Assembly: GCA_963814585.1 (NCBI GenBank) | Contig: CAWFDF010000012.1 | Span: forward strand, 352,001 to 416,000 | DNA: 64,000 bases | Direction: 5' to 3' | Source of the DNA: an uncultured delta proteobacterium | GTDB taxonomy: Bacteria; Myxococcota; Myxococcia; Myxococcales; Anaeromyxobacteraceae | Part shown: positions 30,678-39,593 of the stretch, piece after piece | How the letters are laid out: each line of letters starts with the position of its first letter | How positions within the stretch are numbered: the stretch's first letter is position 1 | The notes under the pieces: model-generated | What the model was told of the DNA's origin: nothing | The model's database searches: none | What the model saw: only the letters and a program-made list of their open reading frames with translations | Program-made: the position numbers and the translations under genes

Positions 30678-31433
30678 TCAGTCCCTCGGCTCGCGCTCCA
30701 GCGCCGCCTGCACCAGCGCCACCAGGTCGCCGACGCGCCGCACCCGTGGCACCGCCGCCTCGTCGAGCGTCACGCCGAACCGCTCCTCGAGCGCCAGCAG
30801 GAGGCGCAGGGCCCCGAGCGAGTCCCAGCCCGCCAGGTCGTTCGGCCCCTGCTCCGGCGAGGGCGGCGCCGCCAGCGCCAGCGTCTCGGCCACCACCCGC
30901 GGCACCTCGGCGGCCGGGTCGTCGGCCGCCGGCTGCTGGCCCGGGCCGACGGGGCGCGCCGGCACGCCGCCGACGGTGGCGCCGGCCGGCACCTCACCGG
31001 AGACCACGCTGCCGGCCAGCACCCGGGCCCCGTCGCCGACCACGGCGCCTCGCAGCACCGTGACCCGGCTCCCGAGCCGGACCTGGCGACCCAGCGAGAT
31101 GGGGCTGCTCTCCGGGCGGGCCTCGCGCTGGCCGGCCACGTGGAAGTCGGTGTCGGCGATGGAGACGAAGGGGCCGATCCGCGTCCCGGCGCCGATGCGG
31201 ATGCGGGCGTGGGCGGCGACCGCGGCGCCGTGACCGATGGTGACGTCGTCGCCGATCTCGAGCTCACCGCCCGGGGCCACCACCAGGTGGGACTGGACCG
31301 GCACCGAGGCGAGGCGGAGCCGCTCCCCGACCACGAGCCGACCGCGGTTCTCGATCCAGGGTCGCCCGTCCAGCGCGGCGCCGGCGCCGAGCCGGTCGCA
31401 GCGGCGAAGCCAGAAGGCGGCCCGGAGCGTCAC
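30678..31433 (-). CDS. Hexapeptide-repeat (LbH) acyltransferase fused to C-terminal acyl carrier protein
   Basis: IGDDVTIG, IADTDFH, GGVPAR; ACP motif GWDSLGALRLLLALEERFGV; GTGA coupling to fkbH. Confidence 0.85.
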   Translation of the reverse strand: MTLRAAFWLRRCDRLGAGAALDGRPWIENRGRLVVGERLRLASVPVQSHLVVAPGGELEIGDDVTIGHGAAVAAHARIRIGAGTRIGPFVSIADTDFHVAGQREARPESSPISLGRQVRLGSRVTVLRGAVVGDGARVLAGSVVSGEVPAGATVGGVPARPVGPGQQPAADDPAAEVPRVVAETLALAAPPSPEQGPNDLAGWDSLGALRLLLALEERFGVTLDEAAVPRVRRVGDLVALVQAALEREPRD

Positions 31434-33667
31434 GCCCGCTCCCGCCGCCACTCCAGGTGGATGCAGGCCGGCAGCGCGAAGGGCTCCGAGACCTTCCAGC
31501 GGAACTGCTCCGGCCCGGGCGACTCCAGGCCGGAGCGCAGCCAGAAGTCGAGGCACGGCTTGTTCTTCTTGGTGGGCAGCAGCCGCGCCTCCAGGCTGGT
31601 GGCGCCGCCGCTCCGCGCCGTCTCCACGGCCAGGTGGACCATGGCCTCCTCGACCCGGCGGCCCATGACGCGGCAGGAGAGGACGTAGTCGACCACCCGG
31701 GCCGTGGCGCCGGACACCTCGACGCTGACGATGCCGGTCAGGCCGGCGTCGCCGAAGCGGTCGGCCACGCTCACCGCCCAGAGCGACCGGCCCGGCGCCG
31801 CGGCCCAGGCCACCAGCTCGGGCTCGGTGAGCCGGCGGGTGGCCAGGTTCATCTGGTTGGTCTTGTTGAGGAGCTGGGCGGTGCGCGCCAGGTTGCCGGG
31901 GCCGAGGGGCTCGACGGTGACGCGGATGTCGAGCTTCTCCAGCCAGTCGTCCATCGAGCCGACCTGGTCCATCAGCGTCTGGCGGGCCCGCTCCGAGGCG
32001 TAGAGCTGCGTCCGCTCGGCGTCCTCCCTGCTCACCGCCGGCACGTCGAAGCAGCGCAGCTGGGCCAGCGCCGACGGGTAGAGCAGCTTGTCCTCCGGCC
32101 AGTCGGGGACCAGCACCTCGGGCAGCGTCTCCCGCACCCGCCCGCGCTCCACCGGGTTGTCGTCGATGAAGACCACCGACTGAAGCCCCAGGTTGAGCTC
32201 GGCCACCAGCTCGGCGATGTTCCGCGCCTTGTCCTGCCAGTTGATGCGCCAGCCGACCAGGTCCTCCGGCTTGAGGACCATCTCCGGGTGGGAGCGCATG
32301 GCCTCGAGCGCGGTGGCCTCCTCGTTCTTGCTCACCACCGCCAGCACCACGCCGCGCCGGGTCAGCGCCTTGAGCTGGTGCTGGAAGCTGACCAGCGCCT
32401 CGCCCACCGGATCGTGGCCTCCCAGGCGCAGCCCCTGCCAGCCCACGTCCCCGACGATCCCGCCCCAGAGCGTGTCGTCGAGGTCGAGGACCACCAGCTT
32501 GGAGGCGCCGCCGGAGAGGCCGCGGAGGGCCGCCTTGAGGTCACGGGACGCCTCGGCCAGCACCGCGTCGCCGAAGGCCACCTTGCCGACGAACCAGGCC
32601 CGCGGGTTCTGGCCGCCGCGGCCGCCCACCACGGTCCAGCGCTGGGCATCGAGGACGAAGGCGTTGCCCACCGCCGCCAGCCGCTCCATGAGCCGCTGGT
32701 TCATGTCCGCCAGGGCCCGGGTGGCCCCGCCCGGGCGCGCGTCGATCAGCCCCAGGCCACGCCTCGCCGGCGGCAGGGTCCAGGTGGGCACGAAGAGCGC
32801 GCGCCAGCTCGCGGCCCCGCGCGCCAGCAGCTGCACGAAGGCGTCGACGTCGGCCCGCAGGGCCTCGGAGTCGACCGGCTCGTGGGCCAGCAGCCGGGCG
32901 AAGGCCGGCACGGCCGCCTCGGGACGGGTCCAGACCACGGCGAAGTCCGAGGTGTCCGGGGTGGGGCCCTGCAGCAGCGCCTGGGCCACCTGGCCGAACG
33001 GGGCCACCGCGGCCTGGACCGGCGGCCCATCGGCGCTGCCGGCGAGGTGGCGCGCCAGGTCGTCGACGGTGAAGTCGGCGATGAGCAGGCCGCGCGCGCT
33101 CCAGGCCGGTGTCGAGGCCTCGGCCGGTGCGGGCGCGGTGGAGGCGGGGCCGGCGGAGGGCGCCGCGGCCCCTTCGATCCGGCGCAGGACCCGCGCCGGG
33201 TTGCCGCCGGCCACCACCCCGGGCGGGATCTCGCCGGCCACCACGCTGCCCGCGGTGATGATGGCGCCGGCGCCGATGCGGCTGCCGGGCAGCACCGTGA
33301 CCCGGCCGGCCAGCCAGGCGCCCTCGCCGATCTCGACGGGCTGCGCCTCCTCGGCGCCCGCCCCGGGCACCTCGGTGTCCGACACCAGCACGTACTGGCC
33401 GAGCTGCACGCGGGCGCCGATTCGCACCTGCCGCGCCGCGGTGATGGCGGTGCCGAAGTTGACGTGGGTGCCCTCGCCGATCTCCAGGCGGGCCCCGGGG
33501 CCGCACTCCAGCGACACCCGGTTCCACCGCGAGTTGAGGAGGACGTCGTCGCCGATCTCCAGCGTCCCCCGGTTGACGATGCGCGGGAACCCGCTGGTGC
33601 GCACCCGGCGGCCACGCCGGGAGCAGGCCCGCAGCGCCAGCGGCGCCGTGGCCAGCTCCAGCGACAC
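31430..33667 (-). CDS. fkbH: LbH acyltransferase fused to FkbH-family (HAD-IIIC + GNAT-like) glyceryl-ACP synthase
   Basis: N-terminal LbH (GGNPARV); LDLDDTLWGG, SKN, INWQDKA, FIDDNPVER, KTNQMNL, DRFGDAG, LSCRVMGR; start may extend to ~33755. Confidence 0.9.
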   Translation of the reverse strand: MSLELATAPLALRACSRRGRRVRTSGFPRIVNRGTLEIGDDVLLNSRWNRVSLECGPGARLEIGEGTHVNFGTAITAARQVRIGARVQLGQYVLVSDTEVPGAGAEEAQPVEIGEGAWLAGRVTVLPGSRIGAGAIITAGSVVAGEIPPGVVAGGNPARVLRRIEGAAAPSAGPASTAPAPAEASTPAWSARGLLIADFTVDDLARHLAGSADGPPVQAAVAPFGQVAQALLQGPTPDTSDFAVVWTRPEAAVPAFARLLAHEPVDSEALRADVDAFVQLLARGAASWRALFVPTWTLPPARRGLGLIDARPGGATRALADMNQRLMERLAAVGNAFVLDAQRWTVVGGRGGQNPRAWFVGKVAFGDAVLAEASRDLKAALRGLSGGASKLVVLDLDDTLWGGIVGDVGWQGLRLGGHDPVGEALVSFQHQLKALTRRGVVLAVVSKNEEATALEAMRSHPEMVLKPEDLVGWRINWQDKARNIAELVAELNLGLQSVVFIDDNPVERGRVRETLPEVLVPDWPEDKLLYPSALAQLRCFDVPAVSREDAERTQLYASERARQTLMDQVGSMDDWLEKLDIRVTVEPLGPGNLARTAQLLNKTNQMNLATRRLTEPELVAWAAAPGRSLWAVSVADRFGDAGLTGIVSVEVSGATARVVDYVLSCRVMGRRVEEAMVHLAVETARSGGATSLEARLLPTKKNKPCLDFWLRSGLESPGPEQFRWKVSEPFALPACIHLEWRRERA

Positions 33668-34035
33668 GCTCAGCAGCTTGCGCGCCGTGGCGGCGAGCGA
33701 GCGCCCCTCCTGGCGAGCCAGGCCGCGCCTCAGCTTCTCGACGATGGTTCCCAGGACCGACTCCCCCCGACGCCGTCGCGGCGGCCTGCCCGCCCGCCGC
33801 GTCTCCCAGCGGCCCGCATTCCACCATCGGAGCCGGTCCCAGGCAACGCCCAGCAGGGGCCGTCATGACGCCCGGCCGGGCGCGCCAGGCCAGGGAGGGC
33901 GCCTGCGGGTCCCCTGTGGACGGGACACCACCGGGCGGTCGGCGGCCTGGGCCCCCCAACTTCGCGCCCTCCGGCGCGGTGGGCGCGGCTATCCTCCCCA
34001 TGACGGGGCGAGCCACCTCGCTCCAAGGAGATCTC

Positions 34036-35706
34036 ATGCTGGTCCGCCGACTCGCCGCAGCCCTGCTCCTCTCCACCGCTGGCCTGGCCGCCGCCCAGTC
34101 GCCGCCGGTCGTGGCCATGCAGGTCCAGTCCGGCGAGCCTCGCCCCATCTCGCGCTTCATCTACGGCCTCAACTGGGCGGAGCTGTCCCGGGTCTGGGGC
34201 TCCAAGGTCCCCCGCGGCATCACCCTCAACCGGTTCGGCGGCAACCGCACCAGCGCCTGGGACTGGGAGACCAACGCCTCCAACTGCGGCAACGACTGCG
34301 ACGACACCTACCAGAACGACGCCTACCTGGGCGGGCACGGCCCGGGTGGGGCCGTCAAGCCCAGCGCCGACTGGGCCTTCGCGCGCCAGGCCGGCCTCCT
34401 CGCCACCGTGCCCATGCTGGGCTGGGTGGCCGCCGACACCGCGGGCCCGGTCTCGCTCAAGACCCCCCTGGCCGAACGCCGCGCCAGGCGCTTCAAGGTC
34501 TCCAAGGCGAGGAAGGGAGCGCCCTTCGCGGCCGAGCCCGACACCTCCGACAAGTTCACCTACCAGGACGAGTTCGTGGCCTGGCTGGAGCGGACCTACC
34601 CGTTCGCCCGCACCGACCCGCTCCGGCCCATCTTCTACTCGCTCGACAACGAGCCCGACCTGTGGGGCTCGACGCACGAGGAGGTTCGCGGCGACCGGCT
34701 CTCGAAGAAGAAGTACGTCCTGACCGGCTACCAGGAGCTGGTGGACCGCTCCATCGAGTACGCCGCCGCCATCAAGGACGCCGCGCCCGGCGCCCTGATC
34801 TTCGGGCCGGCGCTCTCGGGCTGGAACGGCTACCAGAACCTCTACCACAACGACGCCCCCGACCCGGCCGGCCGCCAGTTCTTCCTGGCCTACTACCTGG
34901 AGCGGATGCACCAGGCCGGGCAGGCCCAGGGGCGACGCCTCCTCGACGTGCTCGACGTCCACTTCTACTCGCAGGTGAACAGCACCCGCCACCAGTCGGT
35001 CGCCAACGAGTGGGCCGAGCAGGACTCGACCATGATCCAGGCCCGGGTCCAGGCGCCGCGCTCGCTCTGGGATCCGACCTACCGGGAGCGGAGCTGGCTC
35101 ATGGACGTCACCAGCGGCCCGCTCCGCCTCCTGCCCCGGCTGCGCGACCTGATCGCCAGGCACGCCCCGGGCACGCGCCTCGCCATCACCGAGTACTCGT
35201 ACTACCGGGGCGGCGACATCTCCGGCGGCATCGCCCAGGCCGACGCCCTCGGCATCTTCGGCCGCGAGGGGGTCTTCGCGGCCACCCTCTGGCCGCAGGG
35301 GGCGCGGTGGGCCTACCAGGGCGACCTCGACAAGACCTACGCCTGCGCCATGGCCGCCTTCCGCGTCTACCGGGACTACGACGGGCAGGGCGCGGCCTTC
35401 GGCGACCTGTCCCTCCCCGCCAGCACCGTCGACGTGGAGCGGACCAGCATCTACGCCAGCGGCGACAGCACCGACCCGGGCCGGCTGGTGCTGGTGGTCA
35501 TCAACAAGACCGAGGGACCGCTCGACGCCGACATCTCGGTCCCCGGGGGCTCGACCGGCGGCAAGGCCCAGGTCTGGCGGCTCACCGGCGGCATCGGCCG
35601 CTGCACCGGGCCCGAGCGGGTGGCGCCCGACGTGGCGGTGGTGGGCGGCACCCTGGTGGTCCGGCTGCCGGCGCTCAGCGTCTCGACCGTCGTGCTGCGG
35701 CGCTGA
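34036..35706 (+). CDS. Secreted glycoside hydrolase family 44 (endoglucanase-like)
   Basis: Signal peptide; ISRFIYGLN, RFGGNRTS, LDNEPDLW, LDVLDVHFY, RVQAPRSLWDP, AITEY, AQADALGIFG. Confidence 0.88.
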   Translation: MLVRRLAAALLLSTAGLAAAQSPPVVAMQVQSGEPRPISRFIYGLNWAELSRVWGSKVPRGITLNRFGGNRTSAWDWETNASNCGNDCDDTYQNDAYLGGHGPGGAVKPSADWAFARQAGLLATVPMLGWVAADTAGPVSLKTPLAERRARRFKVSKARKGAPFAAEPDTSDKFTYQDEFVAWLERTYPFARTDPLRPIFYSLDNEPDLWGSTHEEVRGDRLSKKKYVLTGYQELVDRSIEYAAAIKDAAPGALIFGPALSGWNGYQNLYHNDAPDPAGRQFFLAYYLERMHQAGQAQGRRLLDVLDVHFYSQVNSTRHQSVANEWAEQDSTMIQARVQAPRSLWDPTYRERSWLMDVTSGPLRLLPRLRDLIARHAPGTRLAITEYSYYRGGDISGGIAQADALGIFGREGVFAATLWPQGARWAYQGDLDKTYACAMAAFRVYRDYDGQGAAFGDLSLPASTVDVERTSIYASGDSTDPGRLVLVVINKTEGPLDADISVPGGSTGGKAQVWRLTGGIGRCTGPERVAPDVAVVGGTLVVRLPALSVSTVVLRR

Positions 35707-35719
35707 GAGGGACGGGCCC

Positions 35720-37006
35720 ATGGGAGACCGCATCCAGCAGGGCGCCGCGGCAGGGCGGCCACCCATGGTCCTGGGCAACGCCGACTTCGGGGGGACGCTG
35801 GCGGCCACCCGATGCCTCGGCGCCCACGGCGTGCCGGTGCTGCTGCCCGGAGCCGCCCGGCTCGATCCGGCCCGCTGGTCGCGCCACGCCCGGCGCATCC
35901 AGGCCCCCTCGGATCCCGAGCAGCTGGTCACCTGGCTGCTCGACGAGGCGCCCCCCGGCCTGGTGGTCTACCCGACCTGCGACGACCTGGCCTGGCTTCT
36001 GGCCCGCGACCGCGACGCGCTGGGGCGCCGCCATCACCTCTACTCGCCGCCGCTGGCTGCCGTCGAGGCGCTGCTCGACAAGCGGCGGCTCCACGAGCTG
36101 GCGCGTGCCGTCGGCCTGGCCTGCCCCGAGACCTGGTACCCGCGCGACGAGGCCGAGGCGACACGGCTGGCGCCCGAGCTCCCCTTCCCGGTGCTCCTCA
36201 AGCCGCGCACCCAGGTGCTCTCGCGCTCCCACACCAAGGGCTTCCGCGCCGCCAGCGCCGGGGAGCTGCCGGCCGCCTGGCGCGCCGCCAGCGGGGAGCT
36301 GCGCTACGCGCCGTCGTTGCTGGAGCGGATCCCCGGGGCCGCCGTCCCCCTGCTCCAGGCCTACCACCGCGACCGGTCCGACCGGATCACCAGCGTGGCG
36401 GGCTTCGTCGACGAGGGGCAGCGCCTCTTCGTGGCCCGCGCCTCCACCAAGGTGCTCCAGTCGCCGCGCGGGCTCGGGATCGGCATCTGCTTCCAGTCCA
36501 CGCCGCTCGAGCCGGCGCTGGCCGACGCCATCCAGGCGCTCTGCGCCGCGGCCGGCTACCACGGCGCCTTCGAGGTCGAGCTGCTGGCGGGCGACCCGCC
36601 CCTGCTGATCGACTTCAACCCCCGGTTCTACGGGGAGCTGGCCTTCGAGGTGGCCCGCGGGCTCCCCTCGCCGTGGCTCGTCTACCTGGGCGCGCTCGCC
36701 GATGGCCCGGCGCTCGAGGCCGAGGTGGCGCGGGCCCGGGCCGCGCCCGTCCACCAGGACGCCATCTTCTGCAACAAGCTGGCGGCGCGGATCGACCTCT
36801 GCAGCCAGGCCCTGGCCGGCGTGGTGCCGGTCGGCGAGGCGCTCCGCTGGAGGCGCTGGTACCTGGACCACCGCCACCGGGCCGTCGATCCCTACGAGGA
36901 GCGGGGCGATCCCGGCCCGCTGATCGCGCAGTGGATCTCGGTGGCGACCGGGGTGCTGCGCCATCCGCGCGCCTTCCTGCGCCAGCGGGTCTGGGGCCGC
37001 ATCTGA
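35720..37006 (+). CDS. ATP-grasp carboxylate-amine ligase (D-aspartate ligase-like)
   Basis: YPTCDD, LLDKRRL, FPVLLKP, LLQAY, GAFEVE, LLIDFNPRF. Confidence 0.82.
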   Translation: MGDRIQQGAAAGRPPMVLGNADFGGTLAATRCLGAHGVPVLLPGAARLDPARWSRHARRIQAPSDPEQLVTWLLDEAPPGLVVYPTCDDLAWLLARDRDALGRRHHLYSPPLAAVEALLDKRRLHELARAVGLACPETWYPRDEAEATRLAPELPFPVLLKPRTQVLSRSHTKGFRAASAGELPAAWRAASGELRYAPSLLERIPGAAVPLLQAYHRDRSDRITSVAGFVDEGQRLFVARASTKVLQSPRGLGIGICFQSTPLEPALADAIQALCAAAGYHGAFEVELLAGDPPLLIDFNPRFYGELAFEVARGLPSPWLVYLGALADGPALEAEVARARAAPVHQDAIFCNKLAARIDLCSQALAGVVPVGEALRWRRWYLDHRHRAVDPYEERGDPGPLIAQWISVATGVLRHPRAFLRQRVWGRI

Positions 37007-37086
37007 TGGCGCTGGCCACGGCCTGGCCCCGGCCGGGCCGGTGGCCGTGGTACGCTGCCCCGGAAGCCACCAGAACGGGGGCTCCC

Positions 37087-37437
37087 GTGAGCAAGCCTGA
37101 TGAAGCCCTGGGACGACGCCACTTCCGGCGCTTCGACGCTCCCATCACGGTCCGGCCGGTCAGCATCCTGGCGAGGGCGATCCCCCGCCGGGTCAACGAC
37201 GTCAGCCTCGGCGGCGTCCGCGCCTACTCCGACGAGCGCTACAGGATCGGCAAGCGGCTCGAGCTGGAGCTGGCCTTCCCCGATGGCGAGAGCGCCACGG
37301 TGCTCGCCGAGGTGGTCTGGGTCGAGGCCCTGCCGGAGGGCGCCCCGGCCCGCTTCGACGTGGGTATGCGCTACGTGGACACCACCGCACATGACCTCAC
37401 CCTTCTCCACCGGGCCCTCGGCCTGCCAAGCCCATGA
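37087..37437 (+). CDS. Stand-alone PilZ domain protein
   Basis: RxxxR (RHFRR) and DVSLGG motifs, AEVVW, GMRY. Confidence 0.85.
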   Translation: MSKPDEALGRRHFRRFDAPITVRPVSILARAIPRRVNDVSLGGVRAYSDERYRIGKRLELELAFPDGESATVLAEVVWVEALPEGAPARFDVGMRYVDTTAHDLTLLHRALGLPSP

Positions 37438-37583
37438 GAGGAAGCGGGTGTTCCCGCTGTCCACCGCGCGCGGGACTCCAGGCGGGGGCGCGGCCCACGG
37501 GGGGCCACGCCACGCGGCCCGGCTGCGTGGTAGGACTACGAGCAATTTCACCACGTCACGACCACATTCCCGAGTCCACTCCG

Positions 37584-38210
37584 ATGCTCTCGTCGCTCCG
37601 TCGCCTCAAGCCGTCCCTCGGCCTCCTGCTCCTCGCACTGGCCGGCTGCGCCACCGGTGAGTTCGTCTGGGTCGACGCCATCCCCGACGAGCTGTTGCCG
37701 ACCGAGACCGAGTACCTCATCGCCCCGGCCGACGTGCTCAACATCCGCGTCTTCGGTCAGGACACCATCTCCGGCAAGGTGAAGGTCCGCAGCGACGGCA
37801 AGATCTCGTTGCCGCTCCTCAACGACCAGGTGGCCGCCGGGCTGACGCCGGGGATGCTGGCCCGCATGCTGGCCGCCGACCTCAAGACCTTCGTGGTCAA
37901 CCCCGTGGTCACGGTGGCCGTCGAGGAGACCCACCCGCTCCAGGTGTCGGTGCTCGGGGAGGTGGTGAAGCCCGGCGTCTACAAGCTGGAGCCGGGCGCC
38001 GAGGTCCTCACCACGCTGGCGCTGGCCGGCGGCCTCACCCCCTTCGCCCGCCGCGACGGGATCTACGTGCTGCGCCGGCTGCAGGGCGCCGACAACAACT
38101 CCAGCGCCAAGCCGCTGCGGATCCGCTTTCGCTACAACGCGCTGATCCGGGCCGAGGGACGCGCGGCCGCCTTCCGCCTGCAGGACGGCGACGTGCTGGT
38201 GGCCGAGTAG
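37584..38210 (+). CDS. wza: Polysaccharide export OPX lipoprotein, short form (Poly_export + one SLBB)
   Basis: Lipobox LAGC; YLIAPADVL, DGKISLPL, VLGEV, AGGLT; ends LQDGDVLVAE without OM helix. Confidence 0.88.
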   Translation: MLSSLRRLKPSLGLLLLALAGCATGEFVWVDAIPDELLPTETEYLIAPADVLNIRVFGQDTISGKVKVRSDGKISLPLLNDQVAAGLTPGMLARMLAADLKTFVVNPVVTVAVEETHPLQVSVLGEVVKPGVYKLEPGAEVLTTLALAGGLTPFARRDGIYVLRRLQGADNNSSAKPLRIRFRYNALIRAEGRAAAFRLQDGDVLVAE

Positions 38211-38213
38211 CGG

Positions 38214-39422
38214 ATGCCGGCCGGGCCCCTGGTCCTCTGCGCGCTGCTCCAGCTCACCGAGGGCCAGGTCACCGCCTACGCGGTCGCCGCCCTGTCCGAG
38301 GCCCGGGGCCTGGCCCTGATCCAGCAGGGGACCACGACCCTGGTGGCCGAGCTGGAGGTCGACCCGCGGGTGGCCCTCCAGCTCGACACCCTGACCCTCA
38401 ACCTCGGGGCCGCCTACGCGCCGCGCCTCTGGGTCTCGACGCAGGCCAGCGGGCTCCAGGTGCTCCACCGCGCCGCGATCCAGGCCTCCTGGAGGCCCGA
38501 TCCGCTCCTGCGCCTGCTGACCTCGGCCACCGGGTCCGTCGGCACCTCCAACCTGCTGGCCCCGGCGCTCGCTGGCCCGGGCGGCACGCCTCCCGGACCG
38601 CTCCAGTCGGTCGGGTTGCAGACGCGGATCCCCTACGTCTACGGCGAGGTGGCGGCCGGCCTGGATGCGACGCCGACGCGGCGGACCCGGGTGGCGCTGG
38701 GCGGCGCCTACGTGGTGGACGGCGGGGCCGACGCCAAGGCCCAGCTCACCTACCCACAGCAGCGCGGCCCCAACGGCTCGCTGGCCTTCGACTGGCAGAT
38801 GAATGCGGACGACCGCCTCGACACCCTGGTGACCACCCTGCGTCGCTCCTTCACGACCGGCGCCGTCGATCCGGTCACCGGGGCCTCGCTCCAGAGGCCG
38901 CCGGTCTGGGTCGGCAGCGTCTCCGAGACCTGGCGGCGGAAGTACGACGTGAAGCTCTCCACCTGGGTTGGAGGGGGCGCCTCCCTCACCACCACCGAGC
39001 TGCTGGGAGGGGACGTCAAGGTCAAGAAGGTCACCCCGCTCGTCGACATCGGGGGCCAGTACCTCGACGAGGACGGCCTCAAGGGGCTGCGCCTCTCCTT
39101 CCGCTACGCCCCGGTCGTCGATACCGTCTCGGGACGCGTCTACCAGCGCGCCGATTCCTTCCTCCTCGGGAACTGGGCGACCACGCAGAGCTGGCGCATG
39201 GTGGGCCAGCTGAGCACCGCCGTGGTGGTGGGCGGCTTCCAGTCCGGGCAGCTGAATCTCTTCGGCGAGGGCCGGATGGCCCACGTCCTGACCCGCGACC
39301 TGGAGCTGACCTGGGGGCTGCGGGGCACGCTGCAGCGGCCGCCCGGGACCTCCCTGGCCGCCTCCTACCAGCAGTGGGGGATCTTCGTGGCGCTGGCCTA
39401 CCAGCAGCGCGGCGCGATCTGA
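38214..39422 (+). CDS. Predicted outer-membrane beta-barrel partner of OPX (EpsX/ExoB-like)
   Basis: 3 bp after wza; many amphipathic strands; ends WGIFVALAYQQRGAI. Confidence 0.65.
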   Translation: MPAGPLVLCALLQLTEGQVTAYAVAALSEARGLALIQQGTTTLVAELEVDPRVALQLDTLTLNLGAAYAPRLWVSTQASGLQVLHRAAIQASWRPDPLLRLLTSATGSVGTSNLLAPALAGPGGTPPGPLQSVGLQTRIPYVYGEVAAGLDATPTRRTRVALGGAYVVDGGADAKAQLTYPQQRGPNGSLAFDWQMNADDRLDTLVTTLRRSFTTGAVDPVTGASLQRPPVWVGSVSETWRRKYDVKLSTWVGGGASLTTTELLGGDVKVKKVTPLVDIGGQYLDEDGLKGLRLSFRYAPVVDTVSGRVYQRADSFLLGNWATTQSWRMVGQLSTAVVVGGFQSGQLNLFGEGRMAHVLTRDLELTWGLRGTLQRPPGTSLAASYQQWGIFVALAYQQRGAI

Positions 39423-39425
39423 GCC

Positions 39426-39593
39426 ATGCCTCGCCTCGTCGTCGCCAGCATCCTCCTGCTGCTGATCGCCGCCCCGCTCCTGGCGGCGCGAGATCCCCAT
39501 CCCATCCGGGCCATGCGCCGGCTCCTGCTCTACGTCGTGCTCGTCCACGTCGCCTACGCCTTCGCCGTCCTGGTCATCTATCCCCGTGTCTGA
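39426..39593 (+). CDS. 55-aa two-TM small protein (below ORF-track cutoff)
   Basis: MPRLVVASILLLLIAAPLLAARDPHPIRAMRRLLLYVVLVHVAYAFAVLVIYPRV*; fills the gap and overlaps wzy start. Confidence 0.65.
   Translation: MPRLVVASILLLLIAAPLLAARDPHPIRAMRRLLLYVVLVHVAYAFAVLVIYPRV

Noticed and set aside
30678..33667. PKS/NRPS or tetronate cluster implied by FkbH and ACP
   Set aside because: No KS, condensation, adenylation or FabH-like genes in the window; neighbours are glycan genes
32193..36608. Very long alternative-frame ORFs (e.g. 1471 aa here, 934 aa at 2217, 1848 aa at 52773, 1766 aa at 54230)
   Set aside because: Arg/Pro/Gly-rich shadow ORFs caused by stop-codon scarcity at high GC; they overlap well-supported genes
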